Shown: one piece after another, positions 17,119 through 28,293 of the stretch
Position numbering within the stretch: position 1 is the first letter of the stretch
How the letters are laid out: each line of letters opens with the position of its first letter
DNA from: an uncultured Chloroflexia bacterium
Lineage (GTDB): Bacteria > Chloroflexota > Limnocylindria > QHBO01
Assembly (NCBI GenBank): GCA_963827475.1
Contig: CAWHAZ010000005.1
Coordinates: 1 to 64,000 of the forward strand
DNA length: 64,000 nt
Reading direction: 5' to 3'
Notes under the pieces: generated by a model
The model's database searches: none
Told to the model about the DNA's origin: nothing
Seen by the model: only the letters and a program-made list of their open reading frames with translations
Position numbers and translations under genes: made by a program

Positions 17119-20100
17119 TCAGTCGAGGAGGTAGTCCACGATCCGGTCCATCACCTGGTTGCGCGATGACCGCATCGGTGATCCCCTCGAATCCGAACCC
17201 GAGGTAGACCGAATCCGGCGTCGTGATGGCGGCACCTTCCTTGATGCCCAGGCCGCCGCGGCGCGTCCAGTCGTTGATGTTGGGACCCTCGATGTTGGCC
17301 TCGTCCTGCGGCGCCCCGGGGACCGTCCAGCCGTCCATGGGATCCGCGTCGTCCTCGAATGAGGTCGACCCCTCTCCGGTGGACACCACGATGTCGTCGA
17401 TGAAGACGCCAGGGAACTGCTGGAGGCCCCAGTCGCTCAGGACGGTGATCGAGACCTCGACCTGCTGGCCGGCAAATGGCGAGAGGTCGATCTCGAATTG
17501 CTGCCAGCCGCCCGAGGATCCGTTCGCGGCATGCCAGATCCCGGTCGAGCCGGTGCTGCTGCACGTCCCGTCGGCCTCGTTGAACGTCTGGTAGTGGGTG
17601 AGGAACGGATGGAGGACGTTGGCCGGGTCATCCGGATTGCTCCAGCCGCCCGGGCACGCCTGGTCGAAGCTCAGGTCATCGGACGTGTGCCCGTTCGCGT
17701 CGGGGAGCGTGGTCCAGTCGTCCGTGCCGACCGGGTGGGCTTCGACAATCATGTAGTCGAAATCCAGCTCGAGGTTGTAGCTCGTCCAGAAGGACAGCGT
17801 TGCGCCGTCCGCGGCGGTGACGGCGGTGAGGTCGATCGTCCGCGCCAGCCGCTTGTAGGCCTGGTCCGCGCGCTGGGACCACATGAACGAGTCGCCGGTG
17901 TGGGGGTCGAACGGACCGCTGATCCCGGTCTCGTAGATCGCCGAGGGCCAGCTCGCGAACTGCGGGAAGCTCCCGCTCGGATCGGTCACGCTCAGGTAGT
18001 CCTCGAGCGCGATGAACGACGAGTCGATTGCCTGGTTCTGCGCGCTGTCGGCCCCGTTGCGCTCCAGCGCCAGACCGTCGAGGGGATCGTCTGATGCCGG
18101 TGATCGCGAACGGGTCGCCCGTGTCGGGATCAAGTCCCCCGCCGGGCGTGGTGATGACCGCGCCCAGCCAGTACTCGATGGGGTCACCCTGGTTGTCGCC
18201 GGAGCCGGTCAGCGGCAGGCAGCGGGCCACGACCTCCGGGCTCGACGCAGCATTGGGCGTTCTCGAACGGGTCGTACAGCTGCAGCCCGAGGCCGCGTCG
18301 TGTACTGCTGGCCGGCGCGCTGGCCGGTGTACAGACGCGGCCGCCCTCGTTCATGAAGTCGCGCAGCTCGAAGATCTCCTGCATGGCCAGGCGCGAGGCG
18401 TTGCCCGGACCCCAGCCCGGTTCGCGGGTCACGATGTCGTTGCCGGTGTACCAGAGGACCGCGTCGTAGTGGCTGAGGATGCCGAGGTTGTCCGGCGCCG
18501 TCCGCCCGTTGGCGTCGACGTCGTACACGTCGAACGGGACGCCGTTGGCGGTGAGGGCATCGGTGTAGAAGCTCAGATAGTTCGGCCCGCTCTGGTCGGC
18601 ATACACCGGTGAGGCACCGGTGTAGTCCTCGGCAGCCACCACGAGCAGGCGGTCTGCCGCTGTCCGAGACGACGTCGTAGGTGAACGAGTCGCTCTTCGC
18701 GCCGCCGCCCTCGAACCAGACCTCGACCTCGTCGCCCACGGCCGTGCCCGGCACGTTGCCGGCGATGACGTGGTAGTGGGTCCCGGCACCGGGGCCGTAT
18801 CGCTCACCGCCGTTCCACTCCTGGGTGGCGACCTTGATCATGTCGCCGCCGTTGATGCGGTAGACGAGCTTCACGTTGGTCAGGCTCCGCTTGGCGAGGA
18901 CGCGCACTTCCTGCGTGTCGCCATACGACTGGTCGAACGTGAAGTCGAAGAGCGAGTGCGCGCCGTTCTGCGGATCGATCTCGTCCTGGTCGAGATAGAA
19001 CGGCTGAGTGTCGATGCCGCTCGGTGAGACCGGGTCGTCCGGGTCCGGCGCCGACCGGGCGAGGGCCAGGTGGAACGGGAGGATCCGCTCGAACTCGGCC
19101 TGGACCAGGGCTTCGTCGTCGGGGAACACGAAGCCGGCGCCCGGGATGCCCGAGCCGAGCTCCGGGGTGATCGCCACGGTGCCGCGGGCATCGGCGTAGT
19201 CGGTCGTCTCGCCGTTGGTGACGTACAGGGTGTCGGCCGATTGGCCCGGGTTGAATCCGGGCACGGCCGGGTTTGCATCGGTCCCGGCCACGGCCACGTA
19301 GACCGGGTTGTCGGCGTCGAGGGTGCCGGTCTGCCAACCCTGGGGATACAGCAGCCACTCGCCCGTGGAGTGCATGTTCGACATGAACTTGGGCTTGATC
19401 CGGTTGATCAGGGACTGCATCGCCTGCGTCTCGGGCTCCGATGCCGCGCTCGGGCCACGGTAGGTCTCGTCCGCCGGGTCGGGCGACGAGCCCTCGTTGT
19501 CGTAGCCCCAGTGATCGGCGAAGTTGCGGTTCGGATCCACGCCGTCGCCAATCGTGATCTGGCCGTCTTGGTTGTTGTCGCGCAGGTTCTTGCGCCAGAG
19601 CCGCTCGACGTCGAAGGTGTACTGGTAGCCGTCCGGGTTGGCGACGATGACGAACCACAGCTCGGTGCGGCGCAACAGGTCCCGGATCTCCGGGTCGCCG
19701 GCGTTGTACTGGTCAATGAAGTAGTGGAGCGTCCGCCGGTTCACCTCGACGCTGATCCATTCGCGCGCATGCTGCAGCGAGGTGTACAGGACCGCGGGCT
19801 TGTTCGGCCGGCCCGCCGCCGGTTACCCGCACCGCGAGGATGTCGCGACCCTGCGCCGTGGTCCCGATCGTCTCCAGCCGAACGAGATTCGGGTTGGCCG
19901 CCGCGAGCGCTTCCAGCTCGTCCTGGATGCCGCCCGCCTCGTCCCACGACCGCCAGACCGTGAAGCCGTTGGCCGCCTGCAGCGCGGCCTGCTCGCTGAC
20001 CGTCTGTCCCTGCGCGTTGCGCACGAAGTCGACTTCGATCCCCTGCGCCCGGATCCGCGCTGCCTCGCGCCGGGTCAGGACGACCTCGGCCCGGGTCCCG

Positions 20101-20282
20101 TCGGTGGTGTGCTGGACGTTGAGGAGCTCCAGACCTGCGGTCGCCTCGGCGACGGCGTCGGCCGGACCCTGGAGAACGTACATCTCCAGTTTTTCGTTCT
20201 GTGGGCCTCCCGCGACCGCCGTCAGAGGCGGCATGGCCAGGATGAGCACGAGCGAAACAACGGTCCAGACCTTGGCGCGCAT
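17119..20282 (-). CDS. Secreted M14 zinc carboxypeptidase with C-terminal immune-inhibitor-A-like domain (several frameshifts)
   Basis: Signal peptide; QHAREWI, ANPDGY, WRKN, GVDPNRNF, YRGPSAASEPET, NMHS; later SYNLELDFDY, NGSSGGW, FIDDI. Confidence 0.85.
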
Positions 20283-20388
20283 GGATTCTCCTCTGGCGAT
20301 GGAGGGCGGCGGGGTGACCCTAGAAGAGGCGATGGACGAAGTCAAACCGGGGTGGCCTCCCGGCGGTGCAGCCGGGCAACGCCCGCCG

Positions 20389-21117
20389 TCAGGCCGGGGT
20401 GGGGTGGCCGAGATCGGTCTCGTCGCGATCCCAGACCAGCATGTCGTGGGCGAAGAAGGCGCGGGTCACGCCCCACTCGCGGAGGCGCGGCATCCAGTCG
20501 GGGAAGGTGCCGATCGGCTCATGGCCGGCGGCCGCGATCCGCTCCGCGAACGCCTGCGAGCTGAACTCCCAGGTGCTGTTGGAGGCCTGCCCGGCCAGGA
20601 GCCAGCGGCCGGCATCGGTATCCACCAGCAGGGACTGGTGGCCGGGGGTGTGGCCGGGGGTCGGCACCAGGCGGAGGCCGGGGGCGACATCGGTCTCGCC
20701 GTCGATGACCTCCAGCGCGGCGCCGGGGTAGTCGAAGGTGAAGTGGGGGAACGTGAAGTCCGGCTCTTTGGCGGCGGTCAGCTCCGCGTCCTGGACGAGG
20801 ACCGGGGTGTCCGGGAAGAGGTAGTTGTTGCCGGCGTGGTCGACGTGGAGGTGGCAGTTCGCGATGCGGTCGATGTCCTTCGGGCCGGCGCCGATGGTGG
20901 CCAGCGCCTCGAGGGCGGTCTGGAGCCGCGGGTGGTATCGCTCGCGGACCTCGTCATCCGCCGGGGACATGCCGGTGTCGAACAGGAGCGTGCCCGGTGG
21001 AGTGGGGGACGAGGAAGCCGCTGACCGGGATCGGCTGGCCCTCGAGCGTGTGGTCGGGCGGCCCGATGAAGTAGCCGTAGTGGATGCGCTTGATCTGGCT
21101 GGCGGCGATGACGTCAT
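20389..21117 (-). CDS. MBL-fold hydrolase, N-acyl homoserine lactonase family (N-terminal frameshift)
   Basis: LFDTG, CHLHVDHAGNN, TPGHTPGHQS, FAHD. Confidence 0.8.
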   Translation of the reverse strand: MTSSPPARSSASTTATSSGRPTTRSRASRSRSAASSSPTPPGTLLFDTGMSPADDEVRERYHPRLQTALEALATIGAGPKDIDRIANCHLHVDHAGNNYLFPDTPVLVQDAELTAAKEPDFTFPHFTFDYPGAALEVIDGETDVAPGLRLVPTPGHTPGHQSLLVDTDAGRWLLAGQASNSTWEFSSQAFAERIAAAGHEPIGTFPDWMPRLREWGVTRAFFAHDMLVWDRDETDLGHPTPA

Positions 21118-21143
21118 GGCGCCGAGCTGCTGACGCGATCAGG

Positions 21144-21776
21144 TCAGGGGCGGACCCGCCGGACCGCGAGGACGGCCGAGGCACCCAGCACGCCCACCAG
21201 CAGGACCGCGAAGCCGAGGATGGCCAGCGGACTGCCGCCGCTCGGGCTGCAGGCATGGCGGCATCGGCCAGGCTGGCCGCGGGGGTCGGCGGCTGGCGCC
21301 GCGGCGACGGTGGTCGTCGCCGTGGCGCTGTTGTTGCTGCAGGTTCGGCTCGCTCGTCGTTGTCTGAGATGTCGCCGTGTTGGTGATGACCGTCCCGCCC
21401 GGTGTGGCGGGGCTGACCTGCACGACGAGGCGTGAAGACTGCGCCGGCAGCCGCGGTTAATGACGGGTGTCGACGACGACCACGGTACCGGTCCCGCCCG
21501 CAGCCGGGGTTGTGGCCGTCCAGCCGGCCGGAGCGTGTGAGGGATACGAACGTGAGGCCCGCCGGGATGGTGTCGACCAGGCGACATTGCGTCGCGGTCT
21601 GACGGGCCGGCGTTCTGGACGGTGATGGTGTAGGTGAGGTTCGAGCCCGGCGAAGACAGGATCGGGGGTGTCGAGCTTCCCGATTTGGAGGTCGGCAACC
21701 GTCCCGGCCAGGGACGGTCCGGCGAGCGCCGCCGACAAGATCGACGGCCGCGCAACACGGCTCGGGCAAGACGCAT
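21144..21776 (-). CDS. DUF11-domain surface protein with LADAA-TM-RR tail (frameshifts)
   Basis: ADLQIGKLDTPDPV, GSNLTYTITVQNAGPS, DTIPAGLTFVS, ITNTAT, NNSATATTTV; [34 protein letters not shown]. Confidence 0.7.
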   Translation of the reverse strand: MRLARAVLRGRRSCRRRSPDRPWPGRLPTSKSGSSTPPILSSPGSNLTYTITVQNAGPSDRDAMSPGRHHPGGPHVRIPHTLRPAGRPQPRLRAGPVPWSSSTPVINRGCRRSLHASSCRSAPPHRAGRSSPTRRHLRQRRASRTCSNNSATATTTVAAAPAADPRGQPGRCRHACSPSGGSPLAILGFAVLLVGVLGASAVLAVRRVRP

Positions 21777-21819
21777 TGAAGGACTCCCCTGGCGGTTCGA
21801 TTGGTGACCCGAGCCTACC

Positions 21820-22446
21820 TCAGGGACGGACTCGCCGGACTGCCAGGACCGCCGATGCACTCAGCGCGAGCGACGAGCAGCATCGGCGAAAGCCGAGGAT
21901 GGCCAGTGGATTGCTGCTGACGGGCTGCGGCGTGGCGGCATCGGCCAGGCTGGCCGCCGGGGTCGGTGGCGGCACGCCGACGGTGGTGGTCGCCGTCGCG
22001 GCGTTGTTCGTCTGGTCGTCATCAAACGTCTCGCTCGTCACGGTCGCGGTGTTGGTGATGACCGTGCCGTTGGGCGTGGCGGGAGCGATCTGGACGACAA
22101 GGGTGAAGACCTGGGCGCCCGCCGCGACAGTGAGCGTCGGGATGGACACATCACCTTCCCGGTGCCCCCGACGGGCGGCGTGGTGACGGTCCAGCCAGCC
22201 GGAGCCGTGACAGGACACGAACGTGGTGCCCGCTGGAATGGCGTCGATGAACGCCGACGAAGTCCGCATCCTGCGGACCGGCGTTCAGGGCGGTGATGGT
22301 GTAGGTGATGTTGCTCCCGGCGGCGACAGGATCGGGCGAGTCCACCTTGGTAACGAGAGATCCGCGATGTCCACGCCGGCGAATGCGGGTGCGGCGAGAG
22401 CCGCCGTGAGAATCAGGGCGGTGCCGGTGACCCGGATGAGACGCAT
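21820..22446 (-). CDS. DUF11-domain surface protein with LADAA-TM-RR tail (tandem paralog; frameshifts)
   Basis: [81 protein letters not shown]. Confidence 0.7.
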
Positions 22447-22554
22447 CGTTCGCAATCCTCCCCTGGCGGTCGTTGGGTTGGCGAACGCAGCCTACCACTG
22501 CGGCGCCACGGATCCGAGTCGGGGGCGCAAGCCTTCCCGGCGGCCTCTGGCGCA

Positions 22555-22995
22555 GTGGTGAATCCGCTACTAGCATGCCGCCCGTGGCCTCCCGTGTTGT
22601 TGCTGCCGCTCGTCATCGGTCTGGTGGTCGCCGGCTGCGCGTTGCCGGCCAACGAGGAGGGCTTCAACGAGGCGTTCTGCGAGGCGGACGTCGCGCTGGA
22701 GGTGGCAGTGACCGAGATCCTCGAGATCCAGGACCGCGAGGAGTGGGTGTCGGCCACCCGGGAGGCGATGCTCGTCTTCCGCGACGACCTCGCCCGCCTA
22801 CCGGCGTGGGAGCCCGCCCGCGACGCGAAGGTGACGCTCGCCAACGCGGTGGAGGCCGTCCTCGACCTGGTCGAGAGCGGGGCGGCCGGGACGCTGATCG
22901 AGACCGCCCGCTGGGAGGACACGATCGCGACCATGCTCGACGGCCCGCGAGGCGCTCCGCCGGGTGGCGGGTCCGTGCCTCTCGCTCTAGGCTAA
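22555..22995 (+). CDS. Lipoprotein, hypothetical
   Basis: [14 protein letters not shown] lipobox followed by a helical acidic domain. Confidence 0.55.
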   Translation: MVNPLLACRPWPPVLLLPLVIGLVVAGCALPANEEGFNEAFCEADVALEVAVTEILEIQDREEWVSATREAMLVFRDDLARLPAWEPARDAKVTLANAVEAVLDLVESGAAGTLIETARWEDTIATMLDGPRGAPPGGGSVPLALG

Positions 22996-23000
22996 GGTCC

Positions 23001-23399
23001 ATGACGACCAAGGTCACGAAGTCCGACGCCGAATGGCGGGCGGAGCTGACGCCGCAGCAGTACCACGTCCTGCGCGAGAAGGGCACCGAGCGGCCGTTCA
23101 GCGGGGAGCTGTGAACGACCACCGGGCGGGGGTGTACCGATGCGCCGGCTGCGGCTCGGAGCTGTTCGCGTCCGACACGAAGTTCGAGTCCGGGCACCGG
23201 CTGGCCGTCGCTTCTACCAGCCGGCGGCCGACGAGGCGGTGGAGAGGAGACCGATCGGTCGTTCTTCATGACCCGGACCGAGGTCAACTGCGCGACCTGC
23301 GGCGGCCACCTGGGCCACGTCTTCGACGACGGCCCGCGGCCGACCGGCCTGCGCTACTGCATCAACTCCGCCTCGCTGACCCTCGATCCGCCGCGCTGA
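23001..23399 (+). CDS. msrB: Peptide-methionine (R)-S-oxide reductase (frameshifts)
   Basis: [51 protein letters not shown]. Confidence 0.92.
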
Positions 23400-23412
23400 G
23401 GCGCCCGGGAAG

Positions 23413-24345
23413 ATGGTCGAGGTTTAGACGCCAGACGGCCGGTCGGTGGACTGGCCGGGCCTGGGCGCGGCGCTGATCACGATCGGGTTGTGGTCGTCGG
23501 CGTTCGTCGGGATCCGGGCCGCAGGGAGAGGACATCTCGCCCGGCCCCCTGGCCTTCGGTCGGTTGGTGATCGGGGCTGTCCTGTTGGGAATGCTGGCGC
23601 TGGTGCGGCGTGGGCCGATGCCGCGGGGCCGTGACCTCGTCCTGGTGATCGGCACTGGCGTCATCTGGTTCGCCGGCTACAACCTGTCGCTCAATGCGGC
23701 CGAGCAGGTGGTGGACGCGGGGACGGCTGCGATGCTCGTGTTCATCGGTCCCTTGCTGGTCATCCTCCTCGCCGGCGTGTTCCTGGGCGAGGGATTCCCC
23801 GGCGGGTGGTGCTGGGAGCGGCCGTCGGCCTTCTCCGGAATCCTCATCATCGGGCTGGCGGTGGCCGCCGTGCAGATGGCGGTCCGGACCCGCTGTGGGG
23901 GATCTTGCTGTGCCTGATCGCGGCGTTGAGCGCGGCCATCGGGGTGACCCTCGAGAAGCCGGTCCTCGGGCGGATCTCAGCGCTGAACGTGACGGCCGTC
24001 GCCATGGGGGTGGGGGCTCTCGTGACCGCGCCGTTCGCGCCATCCCTGGTGTCGGAGCTGACCACCGCCACGCCCAGCTCAGTCGGGTGGCTCGTCTACC
24101 TGGGGATCTTTCCCACCTCGGTCGCCTTCACGACCTGGGCCTTCGCGCTGAACCGGACGACAGCCGGCCGGCTTGCCACGACGATGTACCTCATTCCACC
24201 GACCACCATCTTCCTGGCGTGGGCGATCCTGGGTGAGGTGCCACCGCTGGTGGCCATCGTCGGCGGAGCGCTCTCCATTGCCGGGGTGGTCATCGCCCAA
24301 CGGCGGGCGGCGCCCGCGCTGGCGGTCGCGCCGGAGGCTGCGTAA
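23413..24345 (+). CDS. DMT/EamA family transporter (frameshifts)
   Basis: LWSSAFVGIR, YNLSLNAAEQ, YLGIFPTSVAFTTWAFAL, AILGE. Confidence 0.85.
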
Positions 24346-24373
24346 CCCGGGTCTCGGAGACGATGGAGGAGGT

Positions 24374-24867
24374 CTAGGCCGGTCCTTCCGCGCCCCAGAT
24401 CATCGTTCGCACCCGTCGCTCCGCGTCGTTGCGGGTGACGGAACAGACCGTCACCGAGCCGCCGAACGAGTAGCGCAGGTCCGGGTCGAAGGCGATCCGC
24501 GGCAGGTCGATGACCTCCCAGCGCACGTCGCGCACGTGGGGCATGTCCGGGTCGCCATCGGCGGAGCCATCGGTATGGCCCACGAATCTCGCCGACCGCG
24601 ATCTCCGAGCGCCCCAGGAACGGCACGACCACCGGATCACCGACCTGCATCCGATTGGCGAAGGCCCACATCTGGGCGACCTGGGTGTTCACGTGGGATG
24701 TCGAGCGCCCCGGGAAGCGCCCCGCGGTACGCGGCTCGCATCGCGTCGCGGTCGGGGTAGCGGGACAGGTCTCCCAGCTCTCCCCAGCCGATACCGATGA
24801 CCGAGCGGGCCAGGAACCGCTCCTCGCGGATTCCGCCGCGACCGCCCTTCACGACCCAGAGGGTCAT
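24374..24867 (-). CDS. Stand-alone N-terminal domain of Mrr-type (COG4127-like) restriction proteins (frameshifts)
   Basis: MTLWVVKGGRGG..IGIGW..QMWAFANRMQVGDPVVVP..HVRDVRW..DLRYSFG..TVCSV; no nuclease domain follows. Confidence 0.6.
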
Positions 24868-24874
24868 GGCCGAC

Positions 24875-26263
24875 TCAGGCTTCCGCCGTCTCGCTCGTGG
24901 CCGTCCCGGTCGCGGCCGCATCGGGCTGATCGCCGGCGGCTCGACGCTGATCCAGGGTCATGATCGTGATGTAGGCCGCCACGGTGGCGAACACGACGGC
25001 CGGGATGGTGTTGGTCCCGGCTGACCCCACCAGGAGTGCCGCGAACAGCATCGAGGTCAGGACGAGGCGGCTGGCGGAGGTCATGCCCGCGGCGGCGCCG
25101 ATGGCGACAGCCAGGGTCGGCGAGGTGTCGAGCCACAGGACCGGGAAGGTGGCCAGGCCGATGCCCAGGAACATGGCCGGGAAGATTCCTCCGCCGCGGA
25201 AGCCGGAGGCCATGGTCACCACGTACCCGAGCAGCTTGGCCACCACCAGGACCAGGAGCACCGCGGTCGTGGGCGCGGCGACCACCGTTGGGATCGCCGC
25301 CTGGCCCGAGAACAGGACGCTCTGCGAGCTCACCCCCAGCATCGACGCCACCTGGGCAATGAGCCCGACCACCAGGCCGCCGGTGACCAGCACCAGCACC
25401 AGGCCGCCCCGGCTGGCGCCGAACTGGCGGCCGCGGAACCCTTTGTAGGCGATTGCCCCACGGTGGACGGCCGCGATCAGGAGCGCCGTTCCGAAGCCCA
25501 CGGCGACCGCCACGGCCATGTCCGTGAGGCTGACCCCGGGGTACGGCTGCAGGTCCGGAACCGTGAGGGGCGGGGGCAGACCGACGAGCGGGGTGAGGCC
25601 GACGAAGATGAGGTACCCGACCGCCGCCGCCACGAATCCAGGCAGCAGGACGATGGTCAGCAGCGCGCCGAGGCCGACGCTGGCTTCGGTCAGCATCACG
25701 CCGGCGATGAGCGGTCCCCCGAAGAGGGTCGAGATGGCCGCGAACGAGCCCGCGCCAGACATGATCCCCTTGTGCTGCGACTGGACGCGGACGACGTTGG
25801 TGACCGCCACCCCCACGGCCGACCCCAGGGCGATGACCGGTGCCTCCGGACCCAGAACCAGGCCAAAGCTCAGCGTCCCGATGGCGGCCAGCGCGACGCC
25901 GGGCACGTAGCGAACCGCCGTCGGGGCATGGCTGAGGCCCGCCAGCGGGGGTGTGCCGCCGTCGCCCGGCAGCAGGAGCCGAGCCACCGCCACGATGAGC
26001 CCGCCGATGACGGGCAGCCCGATGACCAGGTACCACGGCGGGGTCGCTTCACCGAGTGCGGCCGGGAGCTCGGTCCACAGCGCGTGCTCCAGGACGTGCA
26101 CCAGGCTGAAGAAGGCGAACGCGACCAGGGCGGCCGGGATACCGATGACCGCCCCCAGGAATGCCAGCCGAATGAGGTTGCCGGCGGTATAGAGGGCGGC
26201 AGGTGTTTCGACGGGCCCGTCCGGGGCGGGCGAGGGTGGTTCCGGCGCGCCCCGAACGTTCAC
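24875..26263 (-). CDS. CLC family chloride channel/transporter
   Basis: LGPEAP, FGGPL, LFSGQ, GFRGGGIFP signature motifs. Confidence 0.85.
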   Translation of the reverse strand: MNVRGAPEPPSPAPDGPVETPAALYTAGNLIRLAFLGAVIGIPAALVAFAFFSLVHVLEHALWTELPAALGEATPPWYLVIGLPVIGGLIVAVARLLLPGDGGTPPLAGLSHAPTAVRYVPGVALAAIGTLSFGLVLGPEAPVIALGSAVGVAVTNVVRVQSQHKGIMSGAGSFAAISTLFGGPLIAGVMLTEASVGLGALLTIVLLPGFVAAAVGYLIFVGLTPLVGLPPPLTVPDLQPYPGVSLTDMAVAVAVGFGTALLIAAVHRGAIAYKGFRGRQFGASRGGLVLVLVTGGLVVGLIAQVASMLGVSSQSVLFSGQAAIPTVVAAPTTAVLLVLVVAKLLGYVVTMASGFRGGGIFPAMFLGIGLATFPVLWLDTSPTLAVAIGAAAGMTSASRLVLTSMLFAALLVGSAGTNTIPAVVFATVAAYITIMTLDQRRAAGDQPDAAATGTATSETAEA

Positions 26264-26272
26264 CCGATAAGA

Positions 26273-26692
26273 CTAGACCGCGGGCGTCGCCCCGCGGAGG
26301 GAACCGGTCACGGTCCGGAGCAGGCCCATGGGGCTGCCATAGAGGTGAAGGATGTCGGCCACCAGGAGACCGATGAGCGCGAGCTCGATGCCCTTGGTGA
26401 GGTAGCCCAGGTCGTACCGGCCGCCGATCACCAGCCACGCGACGATGGAAGCCGCGACGTAGCCGACGAGGGCCACGCGAGGCGCCCACGCGAAACGCTG
26501 GGCCAGCGGGTGGTCCACGAAGGTCACCGCCAGCAGCATCGCGGTCAGCACGAAATAGCCGATGGCGTTGAGGATGAAAATGGGGGCGCCCAGGCTGAGG
26601 TGGATGGCCCCGCTGACCATCGCCAGGGCGGCGATGATGAGGACCAGCCAGGCGTTGTCGGTCCGTCGTCGGGCACTCGCGGAGGCAGACAC
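26273..26692 (-). CDS. Four-TM hypothetical membrane protein
   Basis: SGAIHLSL..FILNAIGY..TKGIEL; four hydrophobic segments. Confidence 0.6.
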   Translation of the reverse strand: MSASASARRRTDNAWLVLIIAALAMVSGAIHLSLGAPIFILNAIGYFVLTAMLLAVTFVDHPLAQRFAWAPRVALVGYVAASIVAWLVIGGRYDLGYLTKGIELALIGLLVADILHLYGSPMGLLRTVTGSLRGATPAV

Positions 26693-26767
26693 GAGGAGGT
26701 CTCCTTACCTGTTAGTCTTTGGTAACGAGTATATCCCATAGTTGGATACTGTCAAGGAACAAGTTTC

Positions 26768-27535
26768 ATGGATGCAGCTGAGCAGATCCGTCGCGACTTC
26801 GCCATGGCATGGGGCCGCTTCGGCCTGGCGTGGGGCGTGACGCCGTCCACCGCCACCGTCCAGGGCTACATGCTCGTCCACGGCGGACCGCTGACCGAGG
26901 CGCAGCTCCGAGAGGCCTTGGGGTTCTCGCATCGGGCCACTCTGCTGGCGCTCCGAGAGTGCGAGAGCTGGGGCCTGGTCGAGCGCTCCGCGCCCATCCG
27001 CTCCGGGCGCCGAGGCCCGGCATCCACCGCCTGGGTCCCGGTCGGAGACCACTGGCAGTGGTTCGGGCGGGTGGTGCGCGCGCGGAAGGACCGAGAGACC
27101 GACCCGATCCTGCCCGTCCTCGCCGAAGGCCGCCAGCGCGCCCACGCGCTGCCCGACCACGGGGGCGAGCTGGGGGAGCGGCTGGATCGCCTGGTCCAGT
27201 TCATGGACGAGTTCGACCGCGGCATCGGTATCGTCGTTCGGGCTGCGCCATCCGAGCTGGCCCACCTGTTCGGGGTTCTGGGCCGCCTGGATGCGGAGAC
27301 CGCTGATCGGCTCTTCGCGGCCCTCGCCACCGTCCCGCAGGCCGAGCTGGCCAAGGCCGGGGCGACCGTGTCCCGGATGCGCCCCGATCTCCTGCGCGCC
27401 TTCGTGGCCCTGGCCAGCCAACGGGGGATCGCGCGACTGCTGCGGGTTGGGGGTAGCCCGCCCGTCAGGAACCGGCCAGCCGCCCTCCGCCGCGCAGGTT
27501 CAGCGCCGTTCCCCAGCGCAGCCAGCGCACGGTGA
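26768..27535 (+). CDS. GbsR/MarR-type winged-helix regulator (3' end uncertain)
   Basis: WGRFGLAWGVTPSTATVQGYML..PLT..LRECESWGLV; divergent from the membrane gene across an AT-rich spacer. Confidence 0.7.
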   Translation: MDAAEQIRRDFAMAWGRFGLAWGVTPSTATVQGYMLVHGGPLTEAQLREALGFSHRATLLALRECESWGLVERSAPIRSGRRGPASTAWVPVGDHWQWFGRVVRARKDRETDPILPVLAEGRQRAHALPDHGGELGERLDRLVQFMDEFDRGIGIVVRAAPSELAHLFGVLGRLDAETADRLFAALATVPQAELAKAGATVSRMRPDLLRAFVALASQRGIARLLRVGGSPPVRNRPAALRRAGSAPFPSAASAR

Positions 27536-28293
27536 GCAGGACGCCGAAGGCGGCCACGATCAGGATGGCGGCGGCCGCGATCGAGGCCTCCAGGTCGCCA
27601 GACTGGAACTCGGAGTAGACGACCAGGGGCAGGGTCTGGGTCACCCCGGGCAGGTTGCCGGCGAACATGATCGTGGCCCCGAACTCGCCGAGCGCCCGGG
27701 ACCAGCACAGGACCATGCCGGCCGCCAGCGCCGGCCCCGCCAGCGGCAGCGTCACCCGGCGAATGACCGATGTCTCCTCCGCCCCCAGGTCGCGGGCCGC
27801 GTCCTCCAGCTGGGTGTCCACTCCGGCAATCCCCGCCCGCGCGGTGCGCACGAAGAACGGGGCGGCGACGAAGGTCTGGGCCAGGACCACGGCCAGGGTC
27901 GTGAACGGGATCTGGATGCCGGCGACCTCCAGCGCCCCGCCCAGCAGGCCGCTCCGCCCGAACACGAGCAGCAGGGCGAGGCCGGCCACCGAAGGCGGCA
28001 GGACGATGGGCAGGTCCACGATCGTCTCGAGCAGGCTCGATCCGCGGAATCGGCGCCGGGCGAGGAGCAGGGCGAGCGGCGTGCCTAGCGTCACGGCCAG
28101 GACCAGGCTGACGCGTGGTCGTCACCAGGCTCAGGACCAGCGCGTCGCGCACGGCCGGGGTCGCGAACGCATCCAGCAGCGCCCCGCCGGCCACCGCCCG
28201 GACGACCAGCCCGATGACCGGAATGGCGAGGAACACGATCGCCAGCGCGGACAGCCCGACCAGGCCCGCGCCGGCCGGGCTCCGGAGACTCAT
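27465..28293 (-). CDS. modB: Molybdate ABC transporter permease (frameshift)
   Basis: DLPIVLPPSVAG, LEDAARDLGA (EAA loop), RALGEFGATIMFAGN. Confidence 0.9.

Noticed and set aside
23100-23120. TGA inside msrB as possible selenocysteine
   Set aside because: It lies at a frameshift, not at the catalytic position, which is an ordinary Cys (RYCINS).
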